From an uncultured Verrucomicrobiae bacterium (GTDB lineage: Bacteria; Verrucomicrobiota; Verrucomicrobiia; Limisphaerales; SIBH01): a stretch of 64,000 nucleotides of DNA. Position 1 is the stretch's first letter. The number at the start of each line of letters is the position of its first letter. The stretch covers positions 196,921-260,920 of the forward strand of contig CAVXCM010000007.1 in the NCBI GenBank assembly GCA_963760275.1. The letters are read 5' to 3'. A program made the position numbers and the translations under genes. Below, piece by piece: positions 41,313 through 51,473 of this stretch. The notes under the pieces are model-generated. The model saw nothing but the letters and a program-made list of their open reading frames with translations. It was not told the DNA's origin and did no database searches.

Positions 41313-44244
41313 ATTTCCGCGCCTCGGGTGTAGCCGTAATCACCACTCGCTGGCCATCACGCAGCACGACGATCTGCATCGGCTGCCCGATCTTCACGGC
41401 GTCCAGGGCGTAGGTATAATCATAAATGTTGGCGATCTTCTGTCCGCCAAACTCAACGATCACATCACCGCCTTTCAGGCCTGCCTTTTCCGCCGGGCTG
41501 CCCCCGCGCACACCGGACAGCTTCACCCCCGGCACCTCCGTGGCGTAATCTGGAATCGTTCCCAGATAAGCGCGCAGATTTTCGCGACCGCCCGTCCCCT
41601 GATCCTTCGAAGCCACTTTCACGTAATCAGGCCGCTCCGGGGCGTTGGCGAGGTCGAGCACCAGTGCGCGCGCGAATTTAGCCACACGTTCCAACCCCTC
41701 GTAGTTCACCTTGTCCGCCGTATCAGTGGGGCGGTGGTAATCCTCATGGCTGCCGGTGAAGAAACTGATGACTGGAATGCCGCGCGGATAAAACGCGGTC
41801 ACGTCCGTGGGCAAATAAGGATCTTCCTGGAGCACGAGGTTGAAACCAGCCGCCACGTTGCGCTTCTCGATTAAACGCTTCCAAACAGTCGAAGAGCCAA
41901 CCCCCTGCAGCATGAGCTTGTTCTCCCGCAATCGGCCCACCATGTCGAAGTTCACGTAAGCGACGATGTTGCTGAGCGGAACCGGGGAGCGCTCGGCAAA
42001 GTGCGAGGAGCCAATCAATCCCAGCTCTTCTCCGGACCAAAGCGCGAAGATAATGCCCCGCTTAAGCAGAGCCGGATTGGCCTCTTGCTGCGCCCGCAGT
42101 GAGCGAGCCATCTCCATTACCACGGCCGTGCCCGAAGCGTTGTCATCGGCGCCGGGATGCACCCTGTTTTCCTCCCCTGCCCGCTGCATCGCACCGCTCT
42201 CGCCAAACCCGAGGTGATCATAGTGCGCGCCCACCATCACATACTCGCGCGAACCCTCCGCCGGCAGGACCACCACTACATTCCGGTCTGATTTGCGGAT
42301 GTGCTCCACGGCGGTGGTGACGGAAACGGTGACGTTGGAAATGTCCAAGCTGCCTTCAGCATGCGGATCTTCCTTGTCGAGCTGCGACTGGATCGCCGCC
42401 AGGTTTTTGCCCGCACTGGCGAACAAAGCGGCGGCCACGTTGGTGGTCACGGAGGCGGCGATGATGCCCGAACCTCCACCCGCAGAATCAGACGACAATG
42501 CGGCGAGCTCACCGGCATTGGGCGAATTGGGACCCGTCACGAAAAGAATGGCCAACGCGCCGCGCTCGCGGGCGATCATCGCTTTGTAGCGCAAGCCAGC
42601 GTAGCGATTCAGCTCCTGACGCCGCTTCGCCTCGACTTCCTCGGGGACGTATCGCAGCGCCAGCACGATCTTGTTCGAGACATCCAAGCCTGCGTACGAA
42701 TCGTAGCCTTCCGCACCTTTGCCGGGCACCGCCAGTCCGTAGCCGACAAATACGACCGATGCCGAGACGGTTCCATTGCTGGTAAAGGAGAGTGGCCGAA
42801 AATCTTTCTCGGGATTGAAGGAAGAGCTGTTCGAGGAACTGCCGTCGCTGGCGGCCATCGTCAGGTTCAGCCGATTCTGATTGGTAAGGACACGCACGCC
42901 GGCGTTGAACTCAAATGCCTGGAAGGAGGAGTTACTGTCACCCATCGATGTGAGCCCGCTTGCGCGAAATTGTTGCGCGATGAACTCTGCCGACTGACGC
43001 GCGCCATCGCTGCCCGTCATCCGCCCCGCAAATGTGTCCGACGCAAGGGTCCGCACATGTTCACGCAGATTCGCCAAAAGCGATTGCGCCCCATTGGTAC
43101 TGGATGGAACGGTAGTGTTGGAGGATGCGGTCTGTTCTGGCGCGGCGCCCCGGCGGGGAGCGGAGGCCAGCGCTCTTTGAGCTGCAACGTGATTCCAATC
43201 AGCGAGAAAAATCTGCGACTTCCCGTCCGTGCCTCGCGTGGAGGTCCAAGTAAGGCGCTTTCCGTCCGGCGAGAACGAGGGCAAGCCATCGAATCCATCC
43301 GAATATGTCACCCGCACCGGCTCGCGTTCGCCTCGGGCATCGACAATGAATAGCTCAAAATTCGCAAAGCCATATTTGTTCGCCGTGAATATCAGGTAAT
43401 CACCCGACGGATGAAAAAAGGGAGCCCAGGACATGCACCCGAACTCACTGAGGCGTTGCACGTCCGATCCGTCCAGCTTCATGGTGAAGACATCGGCGAT
43501 CACCCCATTCGTCTCGAAATGCCGCCAAACGATCCGCTGGCCGTCCGGCGAGAAAAAGGGGCCACCGTCATAGCCCGGTGAGTAGGTCAGCCGGCGCTGT
43601 TCGGAGCCGTCAGCATTCATGATGTAAATTTCTCCGAAGTAGGCGGGATCCGTTTCGAGACGTTTCAAATCTCCGGCGGAAAGGCTGTTGGTCGGATACG
43701 CATCGCGCAACGAGCTGAAGACAATCTTCTTTCCATCAGGCGAGAACGCGCCCTCAGCATCGTAGCCGGGCGATGAGGTCAATCGTCGCAACTGGGAACC
43801 GTCCCGCCGGGCGATAAAGATATCCATCTGGTCGTCGTAATCCCACGAGTAGCGCTTTTCTTTTCCGGAAGCGCGGAATTGAAACTCCGCCTTTTGCCGT
43901 TCGCGGGCATCCGGGTCCAGATGGGTCGAAGCAAAGACCACTTCATCCGTGCCCGGCCGGAAAAAGCCACACGTGGTTTTGCCCGTGCCGGGAGAGACGC
44001 GGCGCGTGTCGCCGGTTTCCATATCGAGCGTGAAAATCTGGTAGAATGGATTCTGCGCGTCCCGCTCGCTCTGGAAAATCAGCGCCCGACCATCCGGCGA
44101 GAAATAACCTTCACCGCTGCGTTTGCCTTCAAACGTGAGCTGCCGGGCTTCAGAAAGAAAAACCGACTCCCCGCTGTCCGGCGCCGACCATCCCATGCTG
44201 GCAATCCCCAAGATTATCAAAGTCCAAAAAGTTCTGATCGTCAT
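41311..44244 (-). CDS. M28 family peptidase with N-terminal TolB/PD40 propeller, PA and PDZ domains
   Basis: GEGYFSPDG repeats, GAHYDHLG, GADDNASG, SGEELG, NFDMVG, YH.PTD, GSPAEKAGLKGGD. Confidence 0.9.
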   Translation of the reverse strand: MTIRTFWTLIILGIASMGWSAPDSGESVFLSEARQLTFEGKRSGEGYFSPDGRALIFQSERDAQNPFYQIFTLDMETGDTRRVSPGTGKTTCGFFRPGTDEVVFASTHLDPDARERQKAEFQFRASGKEKRYSWDYDDQMDIFIARRDGSQLRRLTSSPGYDAEGAFSPDGKKIVFSSLRDAYPTNSLSAGDLKRLETDPAYFGEIYIMNADGSEQRRLTYSPGYDGGPFFSPDGQRIVWRHFETNGVIADVFTMKLDGSDVQRLSEFGCMSWAPFFHPSGDYLIFTANKYGFANFELFIVDARGEREPVRVTYSDGFDGLPSFSPDGKRLTWTSTRGTDGKSQIFLADWNHVAAQRALASAPRRGAAPEQTASSNTTVPSSTNGAQSLLANLREHVRTLASDTFAGRMTGSDGARQSAEFIAQQFRASGLTSMGDSNSSFQAFEFNAGVRVLTNQNRLNLTMAASDGSSSNSSSFNPEKDFRPLSFTSNGTVSASVVFVGYGLAVPGKGAEGYDSYAGLDVSNKIVLALRYVPEEVEAKRRQELNRYAGLRYKAMIARERGALAILFVTGPNSPNAGELAALSSDSAGGGSGIIAASVTTNVAAALFASAGKNLAAIQSQLDKEDPHAEGSLDISNVTVSVTTAVEHIRKSDRNVVVVLPAEGSREYVMVGAHYDHLGFGESGAMQRAGEENRVHPGADDNASGTAVVMEMARSLRAQQEANPALLKRGIIFALWSGEELGLIGSSHFAERSPVPLSNIVAYVNFDMVGRLRENKLMLQGVGSSTVWKRLIEKRNVAAGFNLVLQEDPYLPTDVTAFYPRGIPVISFFTGSHEDYHRPTDTADKVNYEGLERVAKFARALVLDLANAPERPDYVKVASKDQGTGGRENLRAYLGTIPDYATEVPGVKLSGVRGGSPAEKAGLKGGDVIVEFGGQKIANIYDYTYALDAVKIGQPMQIVVLRDGQRVVITATPEARK

Positions 44245-44397
44245 GACGGCGAACTTTAGTGCGACAGGATTGAACTGTCAGCGGGAGAAAAAGTGCACGC
44301 CGACTTCGCCCCGCTGAAGGAAGAAGGACAGCTTCACGAACCAATTTTTTCTTTTGTCCCTTTTGCGGCGGCCTTCATTCTCCTTTCAATGTCACCT

Positions 44398-45333
44398 ATG
44401 CGCCGGGCCGTCATCGACATCGGAACGAACTCTGTGAAATTGCTGGTCGCGGATGTGACGAAGGATTCCGTCACGCCCTTATTCGAAGAGAGCGAGCAGA
44501 CACGACTTGGCAAAGGTTTCTATGAGACCCACGTGCTGCAATCCGACGCAATCCTGCATACGGCCAGTGCAGTCACGCGCTTCAAGAAGATTGCCAGCAC
44601 TCACCAGGCGGAATCGATTCGAGTCATCGCCACAAGCGCAGCCCGCGACGCCATCAACCAGCAGCAATTACTCGATGCGATCCGGCAAGGTGCTGCTTTG
44701 GAAGTGGAAATCATTTCCGGTGAGCAAGAGGCAGAGTGGGTTTACCAAGGGGTGCGCTCGGATCCCAACCTGGCGGGCCAACGACTGCTCATCCTCGATG
44801 TGGGTGGCGGCAGTTCCGAGTTCATCATTGGCCGTGACCGCCAGCCTGAATTGAGCCGGAGCTTTTCTCTGGGCAGCGTGCGTTTGATGGAACAGGTGCG
44901 CCCGTCCGATCCACCGACCACGGCAGAGCTCGGCCGGTGCCGCCGTGAACTGCGCGACTTTATGCGGGAGAAAGTTCAGCCAGCGATTGGCCCTGCTCTC
45001 GAAAGCGGAAACGCGCGGACTCGTCTTATCGGAACCGGCGGTGCTGCCACAATCCTCGCGCGCATGGAATTCGCCCTCGACAAATATCAGCGTCACAAGA
45101 TTGAGGGTGCGTGCATTCCTCTGGGCTCGATCGTGCGATGGATGGAAAAACTTTGGTCGATGCCGTTGGCCGAGCGAATGCACATCGTAGGCTTACCGAA
45201 AAAGCGCGCAGACGTCATCCTGACAGGGATGGCTATTTACGAAGCTGTGCTGACGCACTTTGGATTCGGCGAATTACACGCCAGCACGCGGGGCCTGCGT
45301 TTCGCCGCCGCAATTCAGAACGTGCCTGCCTGA
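44398..45333 (+). CDS. ppx: Ppx/GppA family exopolyphosphatase
   Basis: IDIGTNSVK, ATSAARDA, ISGEQEA, DVGGGSSE, RADVI. Confidence 0.88.
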   Translation: MRRAVIDIGTNSVKLLVADVTKDSVTPLFEESEQTRLGKGFYETHVLQSDAILHTASAVTRFKKIASTHQAESIRVIATSAARDAINQQQLLDAIRQGAALEVEIISGEQEAEWVYQGVRSDPNLAGQRLLILDVGGGSSEFIIGRDRQPELSRSFSLGSVRLMEQVRPSDPPTTAELGRCRRELRDFMREKVQPAIGPALESGNARTRLIGTGGAATILARMEFALDKYQRHKIEGACIPLGSIVRWMEKLWSMPLAERMHIVGLPKKRADVILTGMAIYEAVLTHFGFGELHASTRGLRFAAAIQNVPA

Positions 45334-45404
45334 CATCCTCCGGCCGAAGGAAAATAATACCGGCGGGCGTTAATACCGGCGGGCGTCCGTAAAACAGCCA
45401 TGTT

Positions 45405-46169
45405 TTACCGCGCTGCGGGTGCCTTCAAGTCCGCAAAGATCCGGTTTGCTTCGTCCAAGGTTTCTTTGGAACCGATGTCGAACCAAGTCCCTGGAACGTT
45501 CCACGTATAGAACGGCGTTCGCGGATACATCCACTGGACCAGGCGGCCGGGTTGATCAGGATTGTTCCCTTCGGCGATATACTGGCGAATTAGTGACAGG
45601 GAGGATTTGGGATAATAGTACAGCGCAATGCCGGTGAGTGTGCTCTGGGGTTGCTTTGGCTTTTCCTCAAAGAACGTGATGCGCCCGTCCCCATCCATTG
45701 TGATGGCGTTGTACTTTTTGATTTCCTCGAGATTCCCAACGTCGTAAACGGCAAGGACCGGCGCGTTCTTGCTGCGGCAGAACTTTCCAAATTCTTCGAG
45801 GCTTTGGCTGAACAGGTTATCGCCCGCCACCACCATCAAGTCGTCATCCACTTTCTCGCGTTCCAGGACCAGGTTCAGGTCGCCAATTGCGCCCAGCTTG
45901 TTGGAGTCATCGGTTGAACCGTCGTTGATGATCGTGAAGTTAAGCTTGGCTTTGCGGGAGCGATAATCGTCAGCCCATTGCTGGAATTGCGCCGCGAACT
46001 TGGCGTTTGTGACAACGTAGACGCGATCAATGCCGGGAATGGGCGCGATGTTGTCGATGACATGTTCGATCATCGGTTTGCCCGCCACGTCGAGCAATGG
46101 TTTGGGCCGCGTGAGTGTCAGCGGATAAAGTCTTGTGGCGTAGCCGGCAGCTAAAATCAGTATTTTCAT
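45405..46169 (-). CDS. Sugar-phosphate nucleotidyltransferase
   Basis: ILAAGYATRLYPLT..PKPLL, FEEKP, WFDIG. Confidence 0.88.
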   Translation of the reverse strand: MKILILAAGYATRLYPLTLTRPKPLLDVAGKPMIEHVIDNIAPIPGIDRVYVVTNAKFAAQFQQWADDYRSRKAKLNFTIINDGSTDDSNKLGAIGDLNLVLEREKVDDDLMVVAGDNLFSQSLEEFGKFCRSKNAPVLAVYDVGNLEEIKKYNAITMDGDGRITFFEEKPKQPQSTLTGIALYYYPKSSLSLIRQYIAEGNNPDQPGRLVQWMYPRTPFYTWNVPGTWFDIGSKETLDEANRIFADLKAPAAR

Positions 46170-46199
46170 TTTCCCTTAACTTCTCCTTGCGGCGGTATT

Positions 46200-47975
46200 C
46201 TATTGCTCGAACAAGCTCGGCGCAACTGACCGCACCAACTTCTGGGAACGATCCATAATCTCCGTGCCGGATTCAGAGTTCAGTGCCGCGTGCGCGATTT
46301 CCTTCGCCTCACTCATCTTCACTCGTCGCAGCAGATATTTAATTTGCGGGACAGCCTGGGGCGCCACGCTCAGCTCATCCACCCCCAGCCCGAGCAACAG
46401 CGGAATCATCAACGGGTCACCGGCCATTTCCCCGCACACGCCCACCCAGATGCCCGCTGCATGAGCTGCGTCGGTGGTCATCTTGATCAAGCGCAGGATG
46501 GAAGGGTTCGTCGGTTCGTAGAGGTGCGCAATCTTCTCGTTCAACCGGTCCACGGCGAGCGTGTACTGGATCAAGTCATTGGTGCCTATGCTGAAAAACT
46601 GAACCCGTTTCGCGAGGGCATCGGCCATGAGCGCGGCGGAGGGGATTTCGATCATCACGCCCACCTCCATCTTCTCATCGAAGGGGATGCCCTCCCGACG
46701 CAACTCATCACGATAAGTTTCCAGCAGGGCGTTCGCCTGGATCAACTCGTCGAGGCAGGAAATCATGGGATACATGATCTTGATGTTGCCCTCGACACTG
46801 GCGCGAAGAATGGCGCGGAGTTGGGCTCGAAACACATCCTTCTCCTGCAGACAAAAGCGGATGGCTCGGTAACCGAGAAAAGGATTCATCTCCTTCGGCA
46901 CGTTGAGGTGCGACATGAACTTATCGCCTCCCAGATCCAGGGTGCGAATGATAACGGGGGCGGGCTTCAAGGCGGCTGCCGCGGCGTGATAGGCCTCATA
47001 CTGCTGCTCCTCAGTCGGCAACGTGTCGCAGTTCAGGAAAAGGTATTCGGTGCGAAATAGGCCAACTCCCTCGGCACCACTGGCTGTCACAGCGGCCGCA
47101 TCTCCCGCTTGCTCGATATTGGCGGAGAGCGTGATGCGCACACCGTCCAGCGTCACCGCGGGCTTATCGATGGTGTCCCTGAGTTTTTCTTCGAGGCTGA
47201 CCTGGCGCCGTACCAATTGACCGTATTCAAACAGCGTTTGATCAGTCGGGTTGATGATCACCTGGCCGTGATACCCATCCAGCAGGGCATACTGCCCATC
47301 CTTCAACTCGGTGCTCGCTCTCCCCAAACCCACCACCGCGGGAATGCGAAGCGAGCGAGCCATGATGGCGGTATGCGACGTTTTGCCGCCGACATCCGTG
47401 GCGAAGCCGAGAACATTTTTCTTGTCCAACATCGCCGTGCGGGAAGGCGACAAATCATACGCAACGATGATGTAGGGTTCCCTCAGGTGCTTGAGATCCA
47501 GCTCCTGATAAGTGCCCATCAGATTCTGGAGCAAACGCTCGGTCACATCCCGCATGTCGGCTGCCCGCTCGCGAAGATATTCGTCGTCAATTGCTTCCAG
47601 AGTCTTGGCATACTTTTCCGCGACTTGGGCAAATGCGTATTCGATGCTGACCTTCTCCTTGGTGACGAACCGTCCGACCTCGTCTAACAGGGTGGGATCT
47701 TCGAGCACGAGCAAATGCGCATCGAAGATACTGGCGTCCTTCGCGCCCATGCCTTCATTTACTTTTGCCTGGACCGCATGCAATTGCCGGCGCGTTTCCG
47801 TCACTGCCTGCTCTAAACGCGTCATCTGGCGGGGAATGTCCTCATCAGAAATTTCGCGGCGAGGCACGGAATCGATACGGCTGTCACCCAGCAGAAGAAT
47901 TTTCCCACGGCAGACCCCGGGAGACACGGCAATGCCGTGCAAAACCTTTTCTCCCTCGCTTCCGGTGTCTGGCAC
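46200..47975 (-). CDS. ptsI: Phosphoenolpyruvate-protein phosphotransferase (PTS enzyme I)
   Basis: GGKTSHTAI, GLFRTE, RTLDLGGDK, NPFLGYRAIR, SIGTNDL, CGEMAG. Confidence 0.93.
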   Translation of the reverse strand: MPDTGSEGEKVLHGIAVSPGVCRGKILLLGDSRIDSVPRREISDEDIPRQMTRLEQAVTETRRQLHAVQAKVNEGMGAKDASIFDAHLLVLEDPTLLDEVGRFVTKEKVSIEYAFAQVAEKYAKTLEAIDDEYLRERAADMRDVTERLLQNLMGTYQELDLKHLREPYIIVAYDLSPSRTAMLDKKNVLGFATDVGGKTSHTAIMARSLRIPAVVGLGRASTELKDGQYALLDGYHGQVIINPTDQTLFEYGQLVRRQVSLEEKLRDTIDKPAVTLDGVRITLSANIEQAGDAAAVTASGAEGVGLFRTEYLFLNCDTLPTEEQQYEAYHAAAAALKPAPVIIRTLDLGGDKFMSHLNVPKEMNPFLGYRAIRFCLQEKDVFRAQLRAILRASVEGNIKIMYPMISCLDELIQANALLETYRDELRREGIPFDEKMEVGVMIEIPSAALMADALAKRVQFFSIGTNDLIQYTLAVDRLNEKIAHLYEPTNPSILRLIKMTTDAAHAAGIWVGVCGEMAGDPLMIPLLLGLGVDELSVAPQAVPQIKYLLRRVKMSEAKEIAHAALNSESGTEIMDRSQKLVRSVAPSLFEQ

Positions 47976-48137
47976 GACTTATGAATACTCAGAGGGACGC
48001 AATCTGGAAAGTCGTTTCGCTCAAATCACCCAACCAACCCTCAACTCCGAAGCGTTCGCATCGCCAAACCTTGCTTTGATGGCGAGCTTCAAACCATTGC
48101 GATTGAGTTCCACGGGCGAGCTCTTTAGGGTGGCGTC

Positions 48138-48581
48138 GTGCGTTGGCTAAGCTTTTCTATATTCATCATCCTCGCGTTCTCTGGCGTGTCGAACGCGCAA
48201 TCCGATAAAATTGTGAAAGTGCTGCCGCACTTTCTCGATGCCAAGGGACGCGCCTCCCTCAGTCCCAGCCTGTTCGACCGCGATGCTTACCAGAAACAAC
48301 TCAGGGACAATCCGGAGAAACGCGCAGCGCTGAGATTTGATGTGCAATGGAAGGCGAGTTATTACCCGGACCTCGTGCTACGTGTTGAAGCGAAAGGCGG
48401 CCGGGGTCTCGGGAACGTCCTTACGCTCGATCAACCGGTGAAACCGGGCGTGGCCAGTAAATGGAACGCTCTCACCATCAGCGGAGGACAATACGAACAG
48501 TTCGGTGAATTGATTGCGTGGCGCGCCACTCTCCTGCACGGAACCAACGTCGTGGCGGAACAGAAATCCTTTCTTTGGTAA
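48138..48581 (+). CDS. Secreted hypothetical protein
   Basis: Signal peptide; KVLPHFLD..GR..LSPSLFDRDAYQ; SFLW end. Confidence 0.7.
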   Translation: MRWLSFSIFIILAFSGVSNAQSDKIVKVLPHFLDAKGRASLSPSLFDRDAYQKQLRDNPEKRAALRFDVQWKASYYPDLVLRVEAKGGRGLGNVLTLDQPVKPGVASKWNALTISGGQYEQFGELIAWRATLLHGTNVVAEQKSFLW

Positions 48582-48766
48582 CGCACTTTTTCGGCTCGGC
48601 GGGGGTCATTACGTGCGTTGCTCAAAGCGCTCCGAGTGAAAATTGCCGGCAGCAGTGTCAGGCATTCAACCCCGGCGAATGGGCGGGCGCTCAGTCCGAC
48701 TTGAAGGTTCCCTCAAAAAAAACAGGCGGGCTTGTTGGCCCGCCCGTCATCAAATCCCATCGATCG

Positions 48767-48871
48767 TTAAGCCTTCTTCTTTTTCGTCTTTGCCTTGGCA
48801 GTGGCTTCCTTGCGTTTGTTGTAAGCCACCCGGCGTTTCCGTTTTTCCACTTTGTTGTACTGCTTGCCCAT
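48767..48871 (-). CDS. Small lysine/arginine-rich protein (34 aa)
   Basis: MGKQYNKVEKRKRRVAYNKRKEATAKAKTKKKKA; followed by a hairpin and T-run at ~48715-48747. Confidence 0.6.
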   Translation of the reverse strand: MGKQYNKVEKRKRRVAYNKRKEATAKAKTKKKKA

Positions 48872-48916
48872 AGTTGCTTTACTTTGATTCGTTGATCCGT
48901 TTGCTTGCTCGAAACT

Positions 48917-49459
48917 ATGAAGAGTCATTCGCGCGTGTTCAATGGCTTTCTCGTTCTCCTGGTATTGACCCTCGCGACTGGTTGCGCCACGAGCGAAGAG
49001 CGGAAGCGCAAGAAGCAGATCAGCACCTTGCGGATTCACGTGGAATCGGATCAACAGTCGGACCATTCGTCCGCTATTTCAGTCATCCGCAGTGCGCCTG
49101 TGCTGATCAACGTCGAGCGCGAACCCGTCCTGACCGAGAACAATGTGGTCGCCGCCCTGATCGTGGAGCAACCCGGCGGGTTCGCCCTTGAAATCAAGTT
49201 CGATCGTCAAGGCAGTTGGATTCTGGAGCGCACAACGGTAGTCAACCGCGGGAAACGAATGGCCATCTTCAGTGACTTCGGTCACGCGCGCTGGCTCGCA
49301 GCGCCCCTCGTCACCAGCCGAAATCAATCTGGCATGTTGAGATTTACTGCGGACTGCACCCGCGAGGAAGCCGAGCGCATCACGCGTGGTTTGAACAACG
49401 CCGTGCGCAAGGCTGAGCGGCGCGACAACTGGCCGTTTCCCGGCTCCATCGATAAATAG
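48917..49459 (+). CDS. Lipoprotein with a SecDF periplasmic-head-like domain
   Basis: LATGC lipobox; IKFDRQG...T..NRGKRMAI...AAP. Confidence 0.6.
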   Translation: MKSHSRVFNGFLVLLVLTLATGCATSEERKRKKQISTLRIHVESDQQSDHSSAISVIRSAPVLINVEREPVLTENNVVAALIVEQPGGFALEIKFDRQGSWILERTTVVNRGKRMAIFSDFGHARWLAAPLVTSRNQSGMLRFTADCTREEAERITRGLNNAVRKAERRDNWPFPGSIDK

Positions 49460-49477
49460 AATTCCACCGTCCCAACA

Positions 49478-50479
49478 ATGAAGTTACTGGCACTTTCGAT
49501 TTTAGCCTTCGCCGCCGTGGCCGCCTGTGCCCAGCCCTTTCGACTGCCCACCGCGAACCGCGCTCTTTTCGAAAAAGGCGGGGAAGAAAGATATTTCGTG
49601 GGAACCATCGGGCGGCCCTGGCCCAGCGGCACGTTCGGTTGCGTGAGGAGCGACGGCTACCAAATGCATGAAGGCCTCGACATCCGAGCGATAAAACGTG
49701 ACCGGCGCAATGAACCACTGGACCCAATCCTGGCTTCCGCAGATGGAACCGTCGCTTACATCAATAAGCGGTCCGGCACTTCCAATTACGGCAAATACGT
49801 TGTGGTGCGGCATTCGATCGAGGGCCTGGATATCTTCACGCTCTATGCGCATGTCAGTGACTTCGCCAGTGGGTTGGCGGTGGGCAAGGCGGTGAAGGCA
49901 GGCGAAGTCATTGCCACCATGGGCCGCACCACCAATACCCGCGAAGGCATATCCAAGGATCGGGCTCATCTTCACTTCGAGATAAATTTACGACTGAGCG
50001 ATAATTTCTCGGCGTGGTACAAGAAGGAACATCCCAAGGAGAAGGATGACCATGGGATGTGGAACGGAATGAACATGGTGGGGCTGGATCCTCAGCTCGT
50101 ATTCCTGGCGCAGCAAACCCACGGACCCAAGTTTAGTCTGCTGAAGTTCATTCAGGACAGGCCCGAGCTGTGCAGGGCGCTGATTCGGGACGCGAACTTT
50201 TCCTTCGTGAAGCGTTATTCTGAATTGATTCGCCCCAATTCCATCGCGCAGAAGGAAGGCACGGCTGCGTGGGAAATCGCGTTCGACTTCAACGGGGTGC
50301 CAATACAACTTACCCCACGAGCGGCGAGCGAATTCAAATGGACCCAAAGGTATAAGTTACTCTCCGTCGACGCAACGCAGCAGGAAAAGAATCCTTGCCG
50401 AAAACTGGTGACCCGCCGGGGAAACAAGTGGGAGCTGACGAACCAAGCCATCACGTTCCTGAATTTGCTGACACAATAG
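49478..50479 (+). CDS. M23 family metallopeptidase
   Basis: HEGLD, ADGTV, YGKYVVVRH, LYAH, HLHFEI. Confidence 0.88.
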   Translation: MKLLALSILAFAAVAACAQPFRLPTANRALFEKGGEERYFVGTIGRPWPSGTFGCVRSDGYQMHEGLDIRAIKRDRRNEPLDPILASADGTVAYINKRSGTSNYGKYVVVRHSIEGLDIFTLYAHVSDFASGLAVGKAVKAGEVIATMGRTTNTREGISKDRAHLHFEINLRLSDNFSAWYKKEHPKEKDDHGMWNGMNMVGLDPQLVFLAQQTHGPKFSLLKFIQDRPELCRALIRDANFSFVKRYSELIRPNSIAQKEGTAAWEIAFDFNGVPIQLTPRAASEFKWTQRYKLLSVDATQQEKNPCRKLVTRRGNKWELTNQAITFLNLLTQ

Positions 50480-50591
50480 TTGGGTTCCCACCTCCGGCGA
50501 TTCGATCGCGAAGCGGTTTCCCGTCATATAGCGAAATGGATTTTTTGCGCTATGCTTCCGCGGAAAGCTTGCTTTCAACCAAGGAGGTTCG

Positions 50592-51461
50592 ATGCAGAAA
50601 CAAGGAACGAAGAAACCGTTGCGCCCGGCCCAGGAGCAAAAGGATCGCCCGGGACACGAATTCAAGATGCATCCGCAGCCCGAGGCGGAAACAACCGAGT
50701 ATCGAGGTAGCGGAAAGTTGGACGGCAAAACGGCCATAATCACGGGCGGCGATTCAGGCATCGGCCGAGCCGTGGCCATCGCCTTCGCCAAGGAAGGCGC
50801 CGATGTTTTGATTTCCTACCTCGACGAACATCGGGACGCCAAAGACGCGAAAAAGCTCGTGGAGCAGGAAGGAAAGCGTTGTGAAATCCTGCCCGGCGAC
50901 ATCGGCGATCCTAAAACGGCCGACAAGCTGGTTCGCCTGGCTCTGAAGGCATTCGGTCGCATCGACATCGTCGTCAATAACGCCGCGGAGCAGCATCCGC
51001 AAAAAGACATCCGCAAGATTTCGCCAAAGCAATTGGAGCGGACGTTTCGCACCAACGTCTTTTCCTTCTTTTATCTCACTCAAGCTGCCCTGCCCCACTT
51101 GAAGAAGGGCAGCAGCATCATCAATACGACGTCTGTAACCGCGTATCGAGGCAGTCCCGAATTGCTCGATTACTCGTCCACGAAAGGCGCCATCGTAGCT
51201 TTCACCCGCTCGCTTTCCCATGCGTTGGTGGAAAAAGGCATTCGGGTAAACGCCGTCGCCCCCGGCCCGATCTGGACACCGCTGATTCCCTCCACCTTTC
51301 CCGGCGCCAAGGTGGAGACGTTTGGGTCTGACACGCCGATGGGTCGTTCCGGCGAGGCCAGCGAAGTTGCACCGTGCTTCGTTTTTCTTGCCTCAAACGA
51401 TTCGTCGTATGTGACGGGGCAGGTCTTGCATCCAAACGGTGGTGAAATCGTGAATGGATAA
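50592..51461 (+). CDS. SDR oxidoreductase (general stress protein YdaD/YhdF-like)
   Basis: TGGDSGIG, NNAA, YSSTK, NAVAPGPIWTP. Confidence 0.9.
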   Translation: MQKQGTKKPLRPAQEQKDRPGHEFKMHPQPEAETTEYRGSGKLDGKTAIITGGDSGIGRAVAIAFAKEGADVLISYLDEHRDAKDAKKLVEQEGKRCEILPGDIGDPKTADKLVRLALKAFGRIDIVVNNAAEQHPQKDIRKISPKQLERTFRTNVFSFFYLTQAALPHLKKGSSIINTTSVTAYRGSPELLDYSSTKGAIVAFTRSLSHALVEKGIRVNAVAPGPIWTPLIPSTFPGAKVETFGSDTPMGRSGEASEVAPCFVFLASNDSSYVTGQVLHPNGGEIVNG

Positions 51462-51473
51462 CGTCGGGGCGCC

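Noticed and set aside
42301..43353. Long antisense ORFs (this one and many others in the track)
   Set aside because: Shadow ORFs opposite well-supported genes, expected at high GC
45355..45386. 16-bp tandem duplication taataccggcgggcgt x2
   Set aside because: Only two copies between convergent genes; likely slippage with no evident function
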